Shown: in pieces, positions 19,984 to 30,465 of the stretch
Position numbering within the stretch: position 1 is the first letter of the stretch
Layout: each line of letters opens with the position of its first letter
Source of the DNA: an uncultured cyanobacterium
GTDB taxonomy: Bacteria; Cyanobacteriota; Cyanobacteriia; Cyanobacteriales; Nostocaceae
Reading direction: 5' to 3'
Assembly (NCBI GenBank): GCA_963706595.1
Contig: OY970166.1
Location: 4,704,001 to 4,768,000, forward strand
Length of the DNA: 64,000 nucleotides
Notes under the pieces: model-generated
The model's input: the letters and a program-made list of their open reading frames with translations, nothing else
Told to the model about the DNA's origin: nothing
The model's database searches: none
Made by a program: the position numbers and the translations under genes

Positions 19984-21024
19984 ATGTCCGAATCAACCCC
20001 AATTAACCCTAATTCTCAGCCAGCAGAGGCTATAGATTCAGTGACACCCAAAGAGGAAATTACAGCCGTTGCCGATCGCAGCTCCAAGGCTCGGCAGTTA
20101 TTAGGCATGAAAGGCGCAGCACCAGGAGAAAAATCTATCTGGAAAATCCGCCTGCAACTGATGAAACCTATCACCTGGATTCCCTTGATTTGGGGTGTAG
20201 TCTGTGGTGCGGCTTCTTCGGGTAACTATACTTGGACACTAGAAAATGTCTTGATGTCGGCAGCTTGTATGTTGCTTTCTGGACCTTTACTCGCAGGTTA
20301 TACGCAAACCTTAAATGAATATTATGACCGTGAAATTGATGCGGTGAATGAACCCTACCGCCCCATTCCCTCTGGTGCAATTCCCTTACCTCAAGTCATT
20401 ACCCAAATTTGGGTATTGTTAATTTCCGGAAATCTTCTGGCTGTTGCACTTGATGTTTGGGCTGGTAATGAATATCCGACGATTACAACTATAGCTATAC
20501 TGGGTTCGTTTATTGCTTACATTTATTCTGCGCCCCCATTAAAGTTGAAACAAAACGGTTGGTTAGGCGGTTATGCCCTGGGTGCAAGCTATATGGCTTT
20601 TCCTTGGTGTACTGGTCATGCGCTGTTTGGCGAACTGAATTGGAAAATTGTTGTAATCACTGTGGTTTATAGCTTGGCTGGTTTGGGTATTGCCATTGTG
20701 AATGATTTTAAGAGTGTGGAAGGCGATCGCCAGTTCGGATTAAAATCATTACCTGTAATGTTTGGTGTCACCAGAGCCGCTTGGGTTTGTGCCGTGATGA
20801 TTGATGTCTTTCAAGCTGTGATTGCAGTTTATCTGATCACTATTCACGAAAACTTGTATGCCGCAATTTTGCTGCTATTAATCATCCCGCAAATCACCTT
20901 CCAGGATATGTATTTCCTGCGTGACCCCCTGAAAAATGATGTCAAATACCAAGCCAGCGCTCAACCGTTCCTAGTTTTGGGAATGCTTGTAGCTGGTATA
21001 GCCCTGGGTCATGCTGGCGTTTAA
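19984..21024 (+). CDS. chlG: Chlorophyll synthase
   Basis: RQLLGMKGA, LMKPITWIPLIWGV, YYDREIDAVNEPYRPIPSG, NDFKSVEGDR, NDVKYQASAQPF. Confidence 0.97.
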   Translation: MSESTPINPNSQPAEAIDSVTPKEEITAVADRSSKARQLLGMKGAAPGEKSIWKIRLQLMKPITWIPLIWGVVCGAASSGNYTWTLENVLMSAACMLLSGPLLAGYTQTLNEYYDREIDAVNEPYRPIPSGAIPLPQVITQIWVLLISGNLLAVALDVWAGNEYPTITTIAILGSFIAYIYSAPPLKLKQNGWLGGYALGASYMAFPWCTGHALFGELNWKIVVITVVYSLAGLGIAIVNDFKSVEGDRQFGLKSLPVMFGVTRAAWVCAVMIDVFQAVIAVYLITIHENLYAAILLLLIIPQITFQDMYFLRDPLKNDVKYQASAQPFLVLGMLVAGIALGHAGV

Positions 21025-21096
21025 TGGTAATTGGTAATTGGTAATTGGTAATTGGTAATTGGTAATTGGTAATTGGTCATTAGTCATTAGTCATTG
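21022..21096. repeat. STRR heptamer array (TGGTAAT)n then (TAGTCAT)n
   Basis: Direct reading; begins at the chlG stop codon. Confidence 0.9.
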
Positions 21097-21255
21097 GGAA
21101 GTTACCGTCTTCCCCCCTCCGCACCCTGCACCCTGCCCCCCTGCCTCTTTCCCCCCTGCACCCTACACCAAATTTATACCTCTGTAGTCAGAAGTAAAGA
21201 ATGAGGAGTTAGGAGTTAAAATACTTCTAACTCTTAATTTTTATCAGGACTTACC

Positions 21256-21543
21256 GTGTTAGAGTTGACAAATTTTCTAATTGGGGGAATTCAACCCTTA
21301 TTAGTCCCTATTTGCTTTGTCGTTGCTTGGACTGTAATTATTCTCGTTGCTTCGAGTCTTTGGACAGCAGTTCGAGATGGTGTCACCACAGCCAAACAAA
21401 TGCATCAAATTCCCTGTGCTAACTGCCAATTTTTTACCGACAATTACCGATTGAAATGCACTGTACATCCATCTACAGCCAGTACAGAAGAGGCTATTGA
21501 TTGTTGTGACTATCAACCAAAGACCAATCCTATGCTCTACTAG
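21256..21543 (+). CDS. Small membrane protein with Cys/His-rich C-terminus (conserved-hypothetical type)
   Basis: One TM segment, then IPCANCQFF...LKCTVHP...DCCDY. GTG start preceded by AGGA. Confidence 0.75.
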   Translation: MLELTNFLIGGIQPLLVPICFVVAWTVIILVASSLWTAVRDGVTTAKQMHQIPCANCQFFTDNYRLKCTVHPSTASTEEAIDCCDYQPKTNPMLY

Positions 21544-21580
21544 AAAGGGGACTTGAAAACTTAAAATCAAAAATCGACTG

Positions 21581-21946
21581 ATGCTAGTTCAAAAGCTTAA
21601 CGACTGTCAAGAATTTATTGCTGGAGATAACACCATTCTACGGGAACTACTACATCCCGATAAACAGCCCCTGGCATTACGCTATAGTTTGGCTCACGCA
21701 ACTTTACCAGTGGGGAAAACCTCTCAACCCCACTCACTGACTACCTCAGAAGTTTATTACATTCTCAGTGGACAGGGAGAAATGCATATTGACGATGAAA
21801 CTCAGATAGTTGAACCAGGAGACGCAGTGTATATTCCCCCCAATACACGGCAATTTATTCGCAATTCTGGTAGCGAACCTTTGGTATTTATCTGTATGGT
21901 TGATCCAGCATGGCGTAAAGAAGATGAAACAGTTTACTCACTTTGA
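21581..21946 (+). CDS. Cupin domain protein
   Basis: PHSL...EVYYILSGQGEM...VEPGDAVYIPP. Confidence 0.88.
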   Translation: MLVQKLNDCQEFIAGDNTILRELLHPDKQPLALRYSLAHATLPVGKTSQPHSLTTSEVYYILSGQGEMHIDDETQIVEPGDAVYIPPNTRQFIRNSGSEPLVFICMVDPAWRKEDETVYSL

Positions 21947-22029
21947 ATTCTGCTAGATATTTCTCAGTATCTAAGGCAAGTGATAATTACTGAACACATT
22001 AGAATCAAGTAAAAACACAGTTGCTTTAT

Positions 22030-22836
22030 TTAAAGATTTAAATATTTGAGAAATGGCGTAAATACTGGCACTATTTCCGGACTACTGACAACTAGGGTGG
22101 GAAAAGAGCGATCGCTATAATCTTCCCCTGATGACAAAGGAAATGGCTGCTCCTTCAGAGATGTCCAAATACCTCCAGCCGCCTGAACAATCACCCAAGC
22201 CCCGGCGATGTCCCAAACCTTTGGTGTGGCTTCAATTCCGCCTAGTGTTGCGCCAGTCGCAACTGTGAGAAAATTATAGCTAGCCACACCCAGCATCCGA
22301 ATTTTGCAGGGAAAGTCTGTTTGAATCACAGAAGTGCTGCGGGAGCAGAGGTTAAAAAAGTGATTTTTACTGACAGCATCATTACTGCTATGGATGGGGT
22401 GGTGGTTGAGAAATGCGCCGGAGGGTGTTGTTAAACCAGAGTCACCCGCCCAGAAACCGTGCAAAGCTTGACTCAGTGGTGGAACGTAAACATAACCAAA
22501 AATAGGCGTGCCTTTATACAGCAATCCCATCGAAATTGACCAGATGGGAAGACCTCTAGTAAAGTTGGTAGTGCCATCGAGAGGGTCGATTACCCAGCAC
22601 CACTCTGTACCCGGAAATACTTTGTCGCTTTCTTCGCTCAAAATGCCATAACCAGAAAAACGAGCAGCTATTGCATCACAAATTTCCTGATCTGCCCATT
22701 TATCGGCTCGTGTGACTAAACTACCGTCAGCTTTTTGCGAAGCCTGCACTTTGCCAAAATCTTGCATCAGTTGCTTTCCCACTCTGGTAGTGGTGGTTTC
22801 GGCAAAGTCGAGAATTGTTGTCCAAAAATCATTCAT
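22030..22836 (-). CDS. Inositol monophosphatase family protein
   Basis: LSEE, WVIDPLDGTTNF, WDIAG. Confidence 0.92.
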   Translation of the reverse strand: MNDFWTTILDFAETTTTRVGKQLMQDFGKVQASQKADGSLVTRADKWADQEICDAIAARFSGYGILSEESDKVFPGTEWCWVIDPLDGTTNFTRGLPIWSISMGLLYKGTPIFGYVYVPPLSQALHGFWAGDSGLTTPSGAFLNHHPIHSSNDAVSKNHFFNLCSRSTSVIQTDFPCKIRMLGVASYNFLTVATGATLGGIEATPKVWDIAGAWVIVQAAGGIWTSLKEQPFPLSSGEDYSDRSFPTLVVSSPEIVPVFTPFLKYLNL

Positions 22837-22875
22837 GAATTAATTCTCTCGCAAAGATGCTTCTGAGCCAAGAAA

Positions 22876-24309
22876 TTAGTCTAAATCACTTTCGAGAACA
22901 GATGCGATCGCTTGTTTCGCACTAGTTTGAAATTCTTTGACATTGACTCGATTCAGGAACCAAATCGACACTACCATCCCCACCGCTTCTAGAAAGAATA
23001 CCATTCCATAAGCTAGTTCTAAACTCGGCAGAAAATTACGACCAATATCCAATATCGTACCGCCTATAACTACGGCAATTCCCCTAGAGACAGACTGAGC
23101 TAATCCCCAAGCCCCAATAAAAGTACCTGCGGCTTCAGCTGCTGTCAAATCCAACATTAAACTAACGGCTGCGGTAGTTAAAAAACCAGTAGCTAAACCA
23201 AACAAGAACAAACTTGATTTCAAAAAAGCTACATTCGCTGTAAATCCTGATAGACCCAGTAATACCGCACAAATTGCCACTAATACACAGCCTAAGCGTG
23301 CAGTTCTGCGTTTACCCAAACGCGGCACAATTAAAAAACCTGTGACACCATAGGCTATCAAGATACCAAAACCATAAAAAATATTCAATCTGGTGCTTTC
23401 TGCCAAAGGCATACCAAACACCTGACCAGCGTAAGGTTCTAAAACAGGGTCTTGAATAAATAAGCTGATAGTCATGACCAGCAAAAATGCGAAAAATAAA
23501 CCTGTTTGACGACTAGCTGTCAAAATTTTCCAAGCTCTACCCACGCTAACGCTGTCGTCTCGATTCTCAGTGTTAGAACGGCGGGAATATTGGGAATATT
23601 TTTTTTCTACGCCGAATGTAGCGATGATCGCCAGCCCAAAGACAATAGCCGGAACGATGAAAAATAATCTGTTAACAGCTGACTGTAAACTTTCTAAAGG
23701 TGCTTCTGAGGTTAATTGACTGAGCAAACTGGAACTAATGATTGCTCCCACAATAATCCCCACCATCAGCATTGACCAGACAATACCAACGATTTTAGAA
23801 CGGTTATCTTCTTGGGAGATATCCACTAATAAAGCCGCAAAAGCAGTACCACTGGCACAAATTGCTAAACCATATATGGCAAAAATTAAAGATAGCAATG
23901 CTGTCCAGCCAATAGTTTGGGTTGTCCATACCCAGGCATCTGTGCTGCTAGCTGCTGCATTTAATTGCCATAGCACTTGTATTGCTAAAAATGAAGCGAT
24001 CGCAAATACTGCTGCTCCCACCCAAACGTAAGCCGTACGATTGTAACCCCATAGAGGTTTGAGGTCTGACATTTGACCAAACCAAATGCGAGCCGGGGAA
24101 ACGAATGCAGGTAGAGCTAGTACTAGGGACACCAATATTGCTGGAATTGCTATTTCTTGAATCATGACTCGATTGAGTACACCCAGAATCAAGATAGACA
24201 TCATGCTCAGTCCCATCTGAAACAAGCCCAACCGGAACATAGTAATCAGGTTAACCCTTGGCACACTTAAGGATTTTGTTTCAGTATCAAATATATCACC
24301 GCTTGCCAT
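22876..24309 (-). CDS. BCD family (PucC-like) MFS transporter
   Basis: RLGLFQ...LNRVMI.E, QDPVLEPYAG.VFGM, AGTFIGAWGLAQ; about 12 TM segments. Confidence 0.9.
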   Translation of the reverse strand: MASGDIFDTETKSLSVPRVNLITMFRLGLFQMGLSMMSILILGVLNRVMIQEIAIPAILVSLVLALPAFVSPARIWFGQMSDLKPLWGYNRTAYVWVGAAVFAIASFLAIQVLWQLNAAASSTDAWVWTTQTIGWTALLSLIFAIYGLAICASGTAFAALLVDISQEDNRSKIVGIVWSMLMVGIIVGAIISSSLLSQLTSEAPLESLQSAVNRLFFIVPAIVFGLAIIATFGVEKKYSQYSRRSNTENRDDSVSVGRAWKILTASRQTGLFFAFLLVMTISLFIQDPVLEPYAGQVFGMPLAESTRLNIFYGFGILIAYGVTGFLIVPRLGKRRTARLGCVLVAICAVLLGLSGFTANVAFLKSSLFLFGLATGFLTTAAVSLMLDLTAAEAAGTFIGAWGLAQSVSRGIAVVIGGTILDIGRNFLPSLELAYGMVFFLEAVGMVVSIWFLNRVNVKEFQTSAKQAIASVLESDLD

Positions 24310-24429
24310 AGCTACTTCTTCGTATGATTTACAGAATCTAGACTCTCTTTAATTAAATCCTGTCCTCACTTTTATTTGTAACGATAAACTATAAAGGTAA
24401 AGAAATGTAAATAAAATACATATTGCCAC

Positions 24430-25380
24430 GTGGAAAATATCACATTAGGACAAAATGGCCCCAGTGTTACACCCCTTTGTATTGGAACTTGGGCTTGGGG
24501 TGACAAACTCTTTTGGAATTATGGCGATGGCTATGGACCAGAACAGTTAGAGGCAGCTTTTACAGCAGCATTAGAGGCTGGGATAAATTTCTTTGATACT
24601 GCGGAAATTTATGGTTTGGGACTGTCAGAAGAATTATTAGGGCAATTCATGCAAAAAGCCCAACAACCTGTGCAAGTGGCGACGAAATTTGGCCCTTTGC
24701 CTTGGAGATTTACAGGTCAATCTGTTTCGGATGCGTTAACAGACAGTCTCAAACGCCTACAAGTAGAACGAGTGGAACTGTATCAAGTGCATTGGCCGTT
24801 TGCTTTCTTTTTAAGTCAAGAAACTTTGATGAATACCCTAGCAGATGAAGTGAAGCGGGGTAGAATCGGCTCAGTCGGCGTGAGTAATTATTCAGCCACT
24901 CAAATGCGAGAGGCGCAGCAAATTTTAGCCGCGCGTGGAGTACCTTTAGCTGTAAACCAAGTCCGCTACTCGTTGCTAGCGCGTCAAATTGAAAGCAACG
25001 GGATTTTAGCCACGGCTCGTGAATTGGGTGTAACTCTATTGGCATATAGTCCCTTAGCTCAGGGATTACTCACTGGTAAATATACACAAGATAGTAATCA
25101 AACTCCCGGTGGTGCGAGGAAGATAGACCCGCGATTTAGTAAAGAAGGGTTACAAAAAATTGCCCCTGTAATTTCTTTACTCAACAGTTTGGGAGAAAAA
25201 TATGACCGTACTCCTGCCCAAGTAGCCCTCAATTGGTTAATAGCACAAGGAAATGTGATTCCTATTGCTGGGGTCAAAACTGCCCAACACGTAAAACAAA
25301 ATGCTGGCGCTTTGGGCTGGAGCTTAAACACCGATGAAATCGCGCAACTCGAACAAATCAGTCGTGATTGGCTGAATTAA
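24430..25380 (+). CDS. Aldo/keto reductase
   Basis: GTWAWG, FDTAEIYG, ATKF, LYQVHWP, GVSNY, NQVRYSL, AYSPLAQGLLTGKY. Confidence 0.93.
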   Translation: MENITLGQNGPSVTPLCIGTWAWGDKLFWNYGDGYGPEQLEAAFTAALEAGINFFDTAEIYGLGLSEELLGQFMQKAQQPVQVATKFGPLPWRFTGQSVSDALTDSLKRLQVERVELYQVHWPFAFFLSQETLMNTLADEVKRGRIGSVGVSNYSATQMREAQQILAARGVPLAVNQVRYSLLARQIESNGILATARELGVTLLAYSPLAQGLLTGKYTQDSNQTPGGARKIDPRFSKEGLQKIAPVISLLNSLGEKYDRTPAQVALNWLIAQGNVIPIAGVKTAQHVKQNAGALGWSLNTDEIAQLEQISRDWLN

Positions 25381-25413
25381 CAGCTATTAGTCATAAGTCT
25401 TTAGTAGCTAGGC

Positions 25414-25461
25414 ATGACTAATGACTAATGACTAATGACTAATGACTAATGACTAATGACT
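25414..25461. repeat. STRR heptamer array (ATGACTA)n between convergent genes
   Basis: Direct reading. Confidence 0.9.
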
Positions 25462-25468
25462 CAGAAGC

Positions 25469-26971
25469 TTATTCTCTACCAGCATTTGAAGATGACACAG
25501 AAGCGTCTCGGCGATTACTGGTATTTGTCCGTAGCTTGGGCTTGGGACTACTTCCATTGTTGTCTGGTTTGTTCCAGGAACGATTTCTATCGTTTGAAGC
25601 TTCACCACCACGACGCTTGGCTAACTTCGGCTTGGAGGAAGGCTCATCATCTTGAGGATCTACGCCTGATTGTAACCAAGCGGGGCGAGTTTGATCATAA
25701 GCAATTTGTAATGCAGCTGCGGCGATCGCATGAGCATCATATTCTTCAATCAATTCGCTAACTATGGGCAAGAATGAAGCTAAACGTTCGCCAGTCAAGG
25801 CTTCTTTGACTTGTTCTTGCAATTTTTTGATATGTCGTGCTTCAATCTGCGCCCGTGTGGGAATCGTCAGCAATTGCCAATTTTGGCGGTTATGGCGCTC
25901 AAATGCCTGCTGCTTACGGCGTTCAAAAGGTTGTACCAAGGAAATTGCTGTACCTTCTTTCCCCGCCCGACCAGTCCGCCCAATGCGGTGAACATAGGTT
26001 TCGGCGCTATCTGGCAAGTCGAAGTTAATTACATGGGACAGTAGATCGACATCTAACCCCCGTGCCGCAATATCAGTTGCTACCACCCAGCGCACTTGAC
26101 GATTACGGAATCGGGTCAATAATCGCTCCCGCGCCTGTTGGGACAAGTCACCGTGGTATTCGTCCACACTATGACCGGCTCCTTGTAGGAGATTGGTGAG
26201 TTCTGCTGCTGTCCGTCTGGTACGCACAAAGATTAAAGCTGTTTCTGGATCTTCCATTTCCAGAATCGGCTGCAATGCCTTGGCTTTTGTCCAATGACGG
26301 GGGATCAGATAAGCTACTTGATTGATTTTGTTGGGTGAAGCCTTGGGCTGCTCAACGGTGACTGTGGCCGGGTTTCGCAAGAATTTATTGACAATCATGC
26401 GAATCGATGGTGGCATTGTCGCCGAGAATAAAGCTGTTTGGCGCTCTTTGGGGGCTTGAGACAGGATTTTGATCACGTCATCAATAAAGCCCATGCTCAA
26501 CATTTCATCAGCTTCATCCAAGACAAACCACTTGACTTGATCGAGCTTTAAACAGCCCCGATCTAGTAAGTCGATCATTCGTCCTGGTGTACCCACAACC
26601 ATGTGAACACCACGTTTGAGCTGCATCATTTGGCGTTCAATGGATTGACCACCATAAATTGCCAGAATCCGCAATCCTTCGTCGCCCACAAATTGGGTGA
26701 TGGCATCGTGAACTTGAATTGCTAACTCACGGGTTGGCGCTAGTACCAGCGCTTGTACAGCTTTGTGATTCACATCCATCTGCTCTAAGATTGGCAGAGA
26801 AAATGCTGCGGTTTTGCCTGTTCCGGTTTGGGATTGACCCACGACATCCCGACCTGCTAGCAATTGGGGAATGGCTTGAGTTTGAATATTAGTAGGTGTG
26901 GTAAAGCCGATGTTTTCTAGTTGCTCAACACGCTTTTGTGAAATACCTAGTTCTTGGAAAGAAAGAGTCAT
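25469..26971 (-). CDS. crhR: DEAD-box RNA helicase (CrhR/CrhB type)
   Basis: Q motif, QTGTGKT, PTRELA, TPGR, DEAD, SAT, ARGLD, HRIGRTGRAG. Downstream of rimO, as in the cyanobacterial rimO-crhR operon. Confidence 0.9.
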   Translation of the reverse strand: MTLSFQELGISQKRVEQLENIGFTTPTNIQTQAIPQLLAGRDVVGQSQTGTGKTAAFSLPILEQMDVNHKAVQALVLAPTRELAIQVHDAITQFVGDEGLRILAIYGGQSIERQMMQLKRGVHMVVGTPGRMIDLLDRGCLKLDQVKWFVLDEADEMLSMGFIDDVIKILSQAPKERQTALFSATMPPSIRMIVNKFLRNPATVTVEQPKASPNKINQVAYLIPRHWTKAKALQPILEMEDPETALIFVRTRRTAAELTNLLQGAGHSVDEYHGDLSQQARERLLTRFRNRQVRWVVATDIAARGLDVDLLSHVINFDLPDSAETYVHRIGRTGRAGKEGTAISLVQPFERRKQQAFERHNRQNWQLLTIPTRAQIEARHIKKLQEQVKEALTGERLASFLPIVSELIEEYDAHAIAAAALQIAYDQTRPAWLQSGVDPQDDEPSSKPKLAKRRGGEASNDRNRSWNKPDNNGSSPKPKLRTNTSNRRDASVSSSNAGRE

Positions 26972-27196
26972 TAATTCTCCTAGATTTTGTTGTTTGGTTC
27001 GGAATTTTTAAATCTGACAGCAGTTGTATTGAGTAGTCAGATTTAAAGCAAGTTTGTGAAACCCTCATTTAACAGAGGGTGCTACGCGGTCAGCGTTAGC
27101 GTGGAATGAGCGTCAGCGATGCCCAAAGGGCTTGACGTGACTTCTCTTGTGTCCAAGACGCTGCGTTCTTGCAGTGCTGGACTCACCCTGCGGCCT

Positions 27197-28525
27197 CTAC
27201 TTTTGGTAACTATTAACAACTTGACCGTAGAGGTCATAAGTATCAGCGCTATGGATCGCTACTGGCACGATGGTTCCTAATTTTGCTTCCCCATCGATAT
27301 ATATCTGACCATCGACTTCTGGGGAAAACCTACCTGAGCGACCTATGAGCTTTCCAGTTTCAGGGTGTTCTTGCTCAATCAGGACTTCAACTATTTTGCC
27401 GATTTCCTGTTGATTTTTTTTACCCGCAATCGGCTCTTGAAGCGCCATTAATCTATGCCAGCGCTCATCCATCACGGATTGGGGTAACTGATTGGCTAGC
27501 TTATAAGCGGGCGTTCCTTCTTCCGGTGAAAAGGTGAATACACCAACATGGTCAAATTCGTGTTTCTGAACGAATTCTAGTAGATGCTCAAAATGCTCTG
27601 CGGTTTCTCCGGGGAAACCAACTATAAATGTTGTCCTGAGTACCGCATTTGGTAGGGCTGCTTTGATGCGTTCAATAATCCCATCATTTACCCGTCCTTG
27701 CCAGGGACGATTCATTGAGCGAAGAATATCTGGATGAGAATGTTGAAGGGGCAAATCTAGATATGGTAAGACGTTGTGGGTTTCTTGGATTGCCTCTATG
27801 ACATCTGGGGTTAACCCGGTGGGGTATGCATAATGCATTCTAATCCACGGTACATCTACTTTACCCAAAGCGCGAAGTAATTCGGCTAACTTTGGCTTTC
27901 CATAGATATCTAACCCGTAATTGGTGGTGATTTGGGAAATTAAGATAATTTCCTGCACCCCTTGGCTAGCTAACTGCTCCGCTTCAGCAACTATAGATTC
28001 AATAGTACGCGATCGCTGGTTCCCTCTGAGATAAGGAATAATACAAAATGCACAACGATAATCACATCCTTCGGCTACCCGCAGATAGGCAACGCCTTCG
28101 GTTGTAGTGCGATAACGCGGTGTAGTTTCGTCGGCAATGTAGGTGGGTTCTAGACTAACCTCTTTTACCTGCTCGCCTTTTTCTACACGCTCAATTACAT
28201 TAACAATTTTGTGATAATCACCAGTGCCTACCAGTGCCACTGCTTCGGGCAACTCTTCTAATAATTGTTCTTGAAAGTGCTGCGCCATACAGCCAGTGAT
28301 CACGACTTTCTTGTTAGCTTCTGCCAGTTCTACTAAAGTTCTGACAGATTCCTGTCTTGCTGCTTCTATAAAACTACAAGTATTAACTATAACGTAATCG
28401 GCTAACTCTTCATTTGTATCTATACCATAGCCTGCTTCTGCAAGCAGCCCCAGCATGTGTTCTGTATCAATTCTATTTTTTTCGCAGCCCAGGTGCGAAA
28501 TTGCAATCGTTGGCTTTTCACCCAT
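27197..28525 (-). CDS. rimO: Ribosomal protein S12 methylthiotransferase
   Basis: [15 protein letters not shown], radical SAM motif [14 protein letters not shown]-terminal TRAM (SPEVDG). Confidence 0.96.
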   Translation of the reverse strand: MGEKPTIAISHLGCEKNRIDTEHMLGLLAEAGYGIDTNEELADYVIVNTCSFIEAARQESVRTLVELAEANKKVVITGCMAQHFQEQLLEELPEAVALVGTGDYHKIVNVIERVEKGEQVKEVSLEPTYIADETTPRYRTTTEGVAYLRVAEGCDYRCAFCIIPYLRGNQRSRTIESIVAEAEQLASQGVQEIILISQITTNYGLDIYGKPKLAELLRALGKVDVPWIRMHYAYPTGLTPDVIEAIQETHNVLPYLDLPLQHSHPDILRSMNRPWQGRVNDGIIERIKAALPNAVLRTTFIVGFPGETAEHFEHLLEFVQKHEFDHVGVFTFSPEEGTPAYKLANQLPQSVMDERWHRLMALQEPIAGKKNQQEIGKIVEVLIEQEHPETGKLIGRSGRFSPEVDGQIYIDGEAKLGTIVPVAIHSADTYDLYGQVVNSYQK

Positions 28526-29515
28526 ATTTTGAAAACATTTTCGGTTTTTTGTAATCAGATCCTCAAGCAGCGATGATTTCGCTGATTGTGATACACACCT
28601 TTACACAGTCAAGGGCTAGAATAACAGGTTTTAACTGCCAGCTACTACCTGTCTGTATATGACATGGATAGTTTCCGGCCATGTTATAATATTTGTACTA
28701 TTTAGTCTATTTCCCTGGGTAAAGTGAGTGTCTTTGAGTACAATTGACACCTGTGTTTTTTAACAATTTTCTGTTGGTATTTTTAGTTACCGCAGCGTGT
28801 TTGTTGTTAATTTACCCGTCGGGAAGCCGCCCAAAGGGCTTGTTTTGAGAAGTCGCTTACCCTCAAGGAAACCACGCTCTCTGGGTAGATTTTTTCGACC
28901 CAGGAGTACGAGACCACGCCTAATAAAGCAGTTGTGATGCTACCCTCATGATCAGGCTTTGCCCACGACTACGCGCGGACGAGGTGCCTAAACCAGTGGA
29001 AGCTGCCTCGCGTCTTGTGAGTGGCAAACTCTTCTTCTAGCCTAGTTTTATCTTAACATATCTTAGGGGAGGTTTTACGATAATTTCCATCCTAGGGAAG
29101 AGGTTGTAAGACAACCAAACTTAAAACACATTTGACTAGTTAGTTAAAAGTCAAGAGGAGCCAGCGCCATCAGCAGCTTCCCTGACTTGAGGTGACCAGA
29201 AGAGGCAGGGGAGCAGGGAGCAGGGAGCAGGGAGCAAGGAGCAAGGTAGAAGGATTTTTAATTCCCCAGCCAACAGGGATACAAGCCCCTGCATTGATGT
29301 ATGCCAAACATCAAAATAGTTATTTCCAGACGCGCAAGTGCGAGAAATAATGCGTCCTTTTCCCAAGCCCCTGTATTTAGGCATAGGGTTCTCCCCCCTG
29401 CACCCCGCCCCCTGCCCCTTGTCCTCTTGCTTGACTGGCGTTCAATAGTCAATAGTCAAACACATTCTAGACTCTCGACTGATGGACACTAGACCCCGCA
29501 AAGCGGATGAAAGAC

Positions 29516-30368
29516 GTGGATTTATATCAGCTATTTAAAACTCGAACACCGATTATTGGCGTGGTTCGATCTACTTCCACTGCCCACCTCGCCCCGTTGG
29601 GGAGGTAATCTCAAAGCGGTAATTCACCGTGCCGAACAAGAAGCCGCAGCCTTAGCCAGTGGTGGGGTGGATGGCATTATTGTGGAAAACTTTTTTGATG
29701 CGCCGTTTGCCAAAAACCAAGTTGATCCAGCAGTTGTGAGTGCTATGACTGTGGTCGTCCAACGAATCCAAAATTTGGTGCCACTGCCCATAGGCTTAAA
29801 TGTTTTGCGGAACGATGGCAAAAGTGCAATGGCGATCGCCAGCTGCACACAAGCACAATTTATTCGGGTCAATGTATTGACAGGGGTGATGGCAACTGAC
29901 CAAGGATTAATTGAAGGAGAAGCTCATCAATTACTTCGTTATCGGCGAGAATTGGGCTGCGATGTCAAAATTATCGCTGATGTGCTGGTGAAGCACGCCC
30001 GTCCCTTGGGTTCTCCAAATCTCACAGTTGCTGTGAAAGACACAATTGAGCGAGGTTTAGCAGATGCCATAATTTTGTCTGGCTGGGCTACCGGTAGCCC
30101 TCCTAACCAAGAAGACCTGGAACTAGCTTGTGGTGCGGCAAATGGGACTCCAGTTTTCATTGGTAGTGGAGCCAATTGGGAAAATATTGGTACACTGATG
30201 CAGGCGGCAAATGGTGTAATTGTTTCCAGTTCTCTCAAGCGCCACGGTCGAATTGAGCAACCAATTGACCCAATTCGCGTCAGTCAATTTGTAGAAGCCG
30301 CCCATAGTCTTTGGAATTCTCCCGGTGAGATTCAGTCTATTTCTAGGCCTATGAAAATACATTCTTAG
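29516..30368 (+). pseudogene. btpA: Photosystem I biogenesis protein BtpA with a +1 frameshift near the 5' end (probably a sequencing error)
   Basis: GTG at 29516 gives MDLYQLFKTRTPIIGVV. The expected CAT (His) reads CGAT (extra G at 29568), then LLPLPTSPRWGG...ENFFDAPF...NVLRND...DVLVKHA. Removing the G gives 283 aa. Confidence 0.88.
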
Positions 30369-30405
30369 GAGACGGTTGACGGTTGACTGGGGAAAGAATT
30401 TTCTT

Positions 30406-30456
30406 AATGACCAATGACCAATGACCAATGACCAATGACCAATGACCAATGACTAA
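30406..30456. repeat. STRR heptamer array (AATGACC)n
   Basis: Direct reading. Confidence 0.9.
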
Positions 30457-30465
30457 TAGCAGTTT

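Noticed and set aside
28790..29040. tRNA, tmRNA, RNase P RNA or 6S RNA
   Set aside because: I could not recognise a cloverleaf, T-loop or other conserved motifs of these RNAs. It is kept only as an unassigned structured leader.
29151..29492. Short ORFs at 29151-29492, 30123-30449 and 38914-39214
   Set aside because: Their translations are dominated by STRR-derived low-complexity sequence (LLPAPCSLLP, VIGHWSLVIGHW), so they are repeat artefacts.
29556..29570. Programmed frameshifting or phase variation at the btpA, GHL10, dndC and acyltransferase breaks
   Set aside because: There are no slippery heptamers or simple-sequence tracts at the junctions, and the pattern fits insertion errors.
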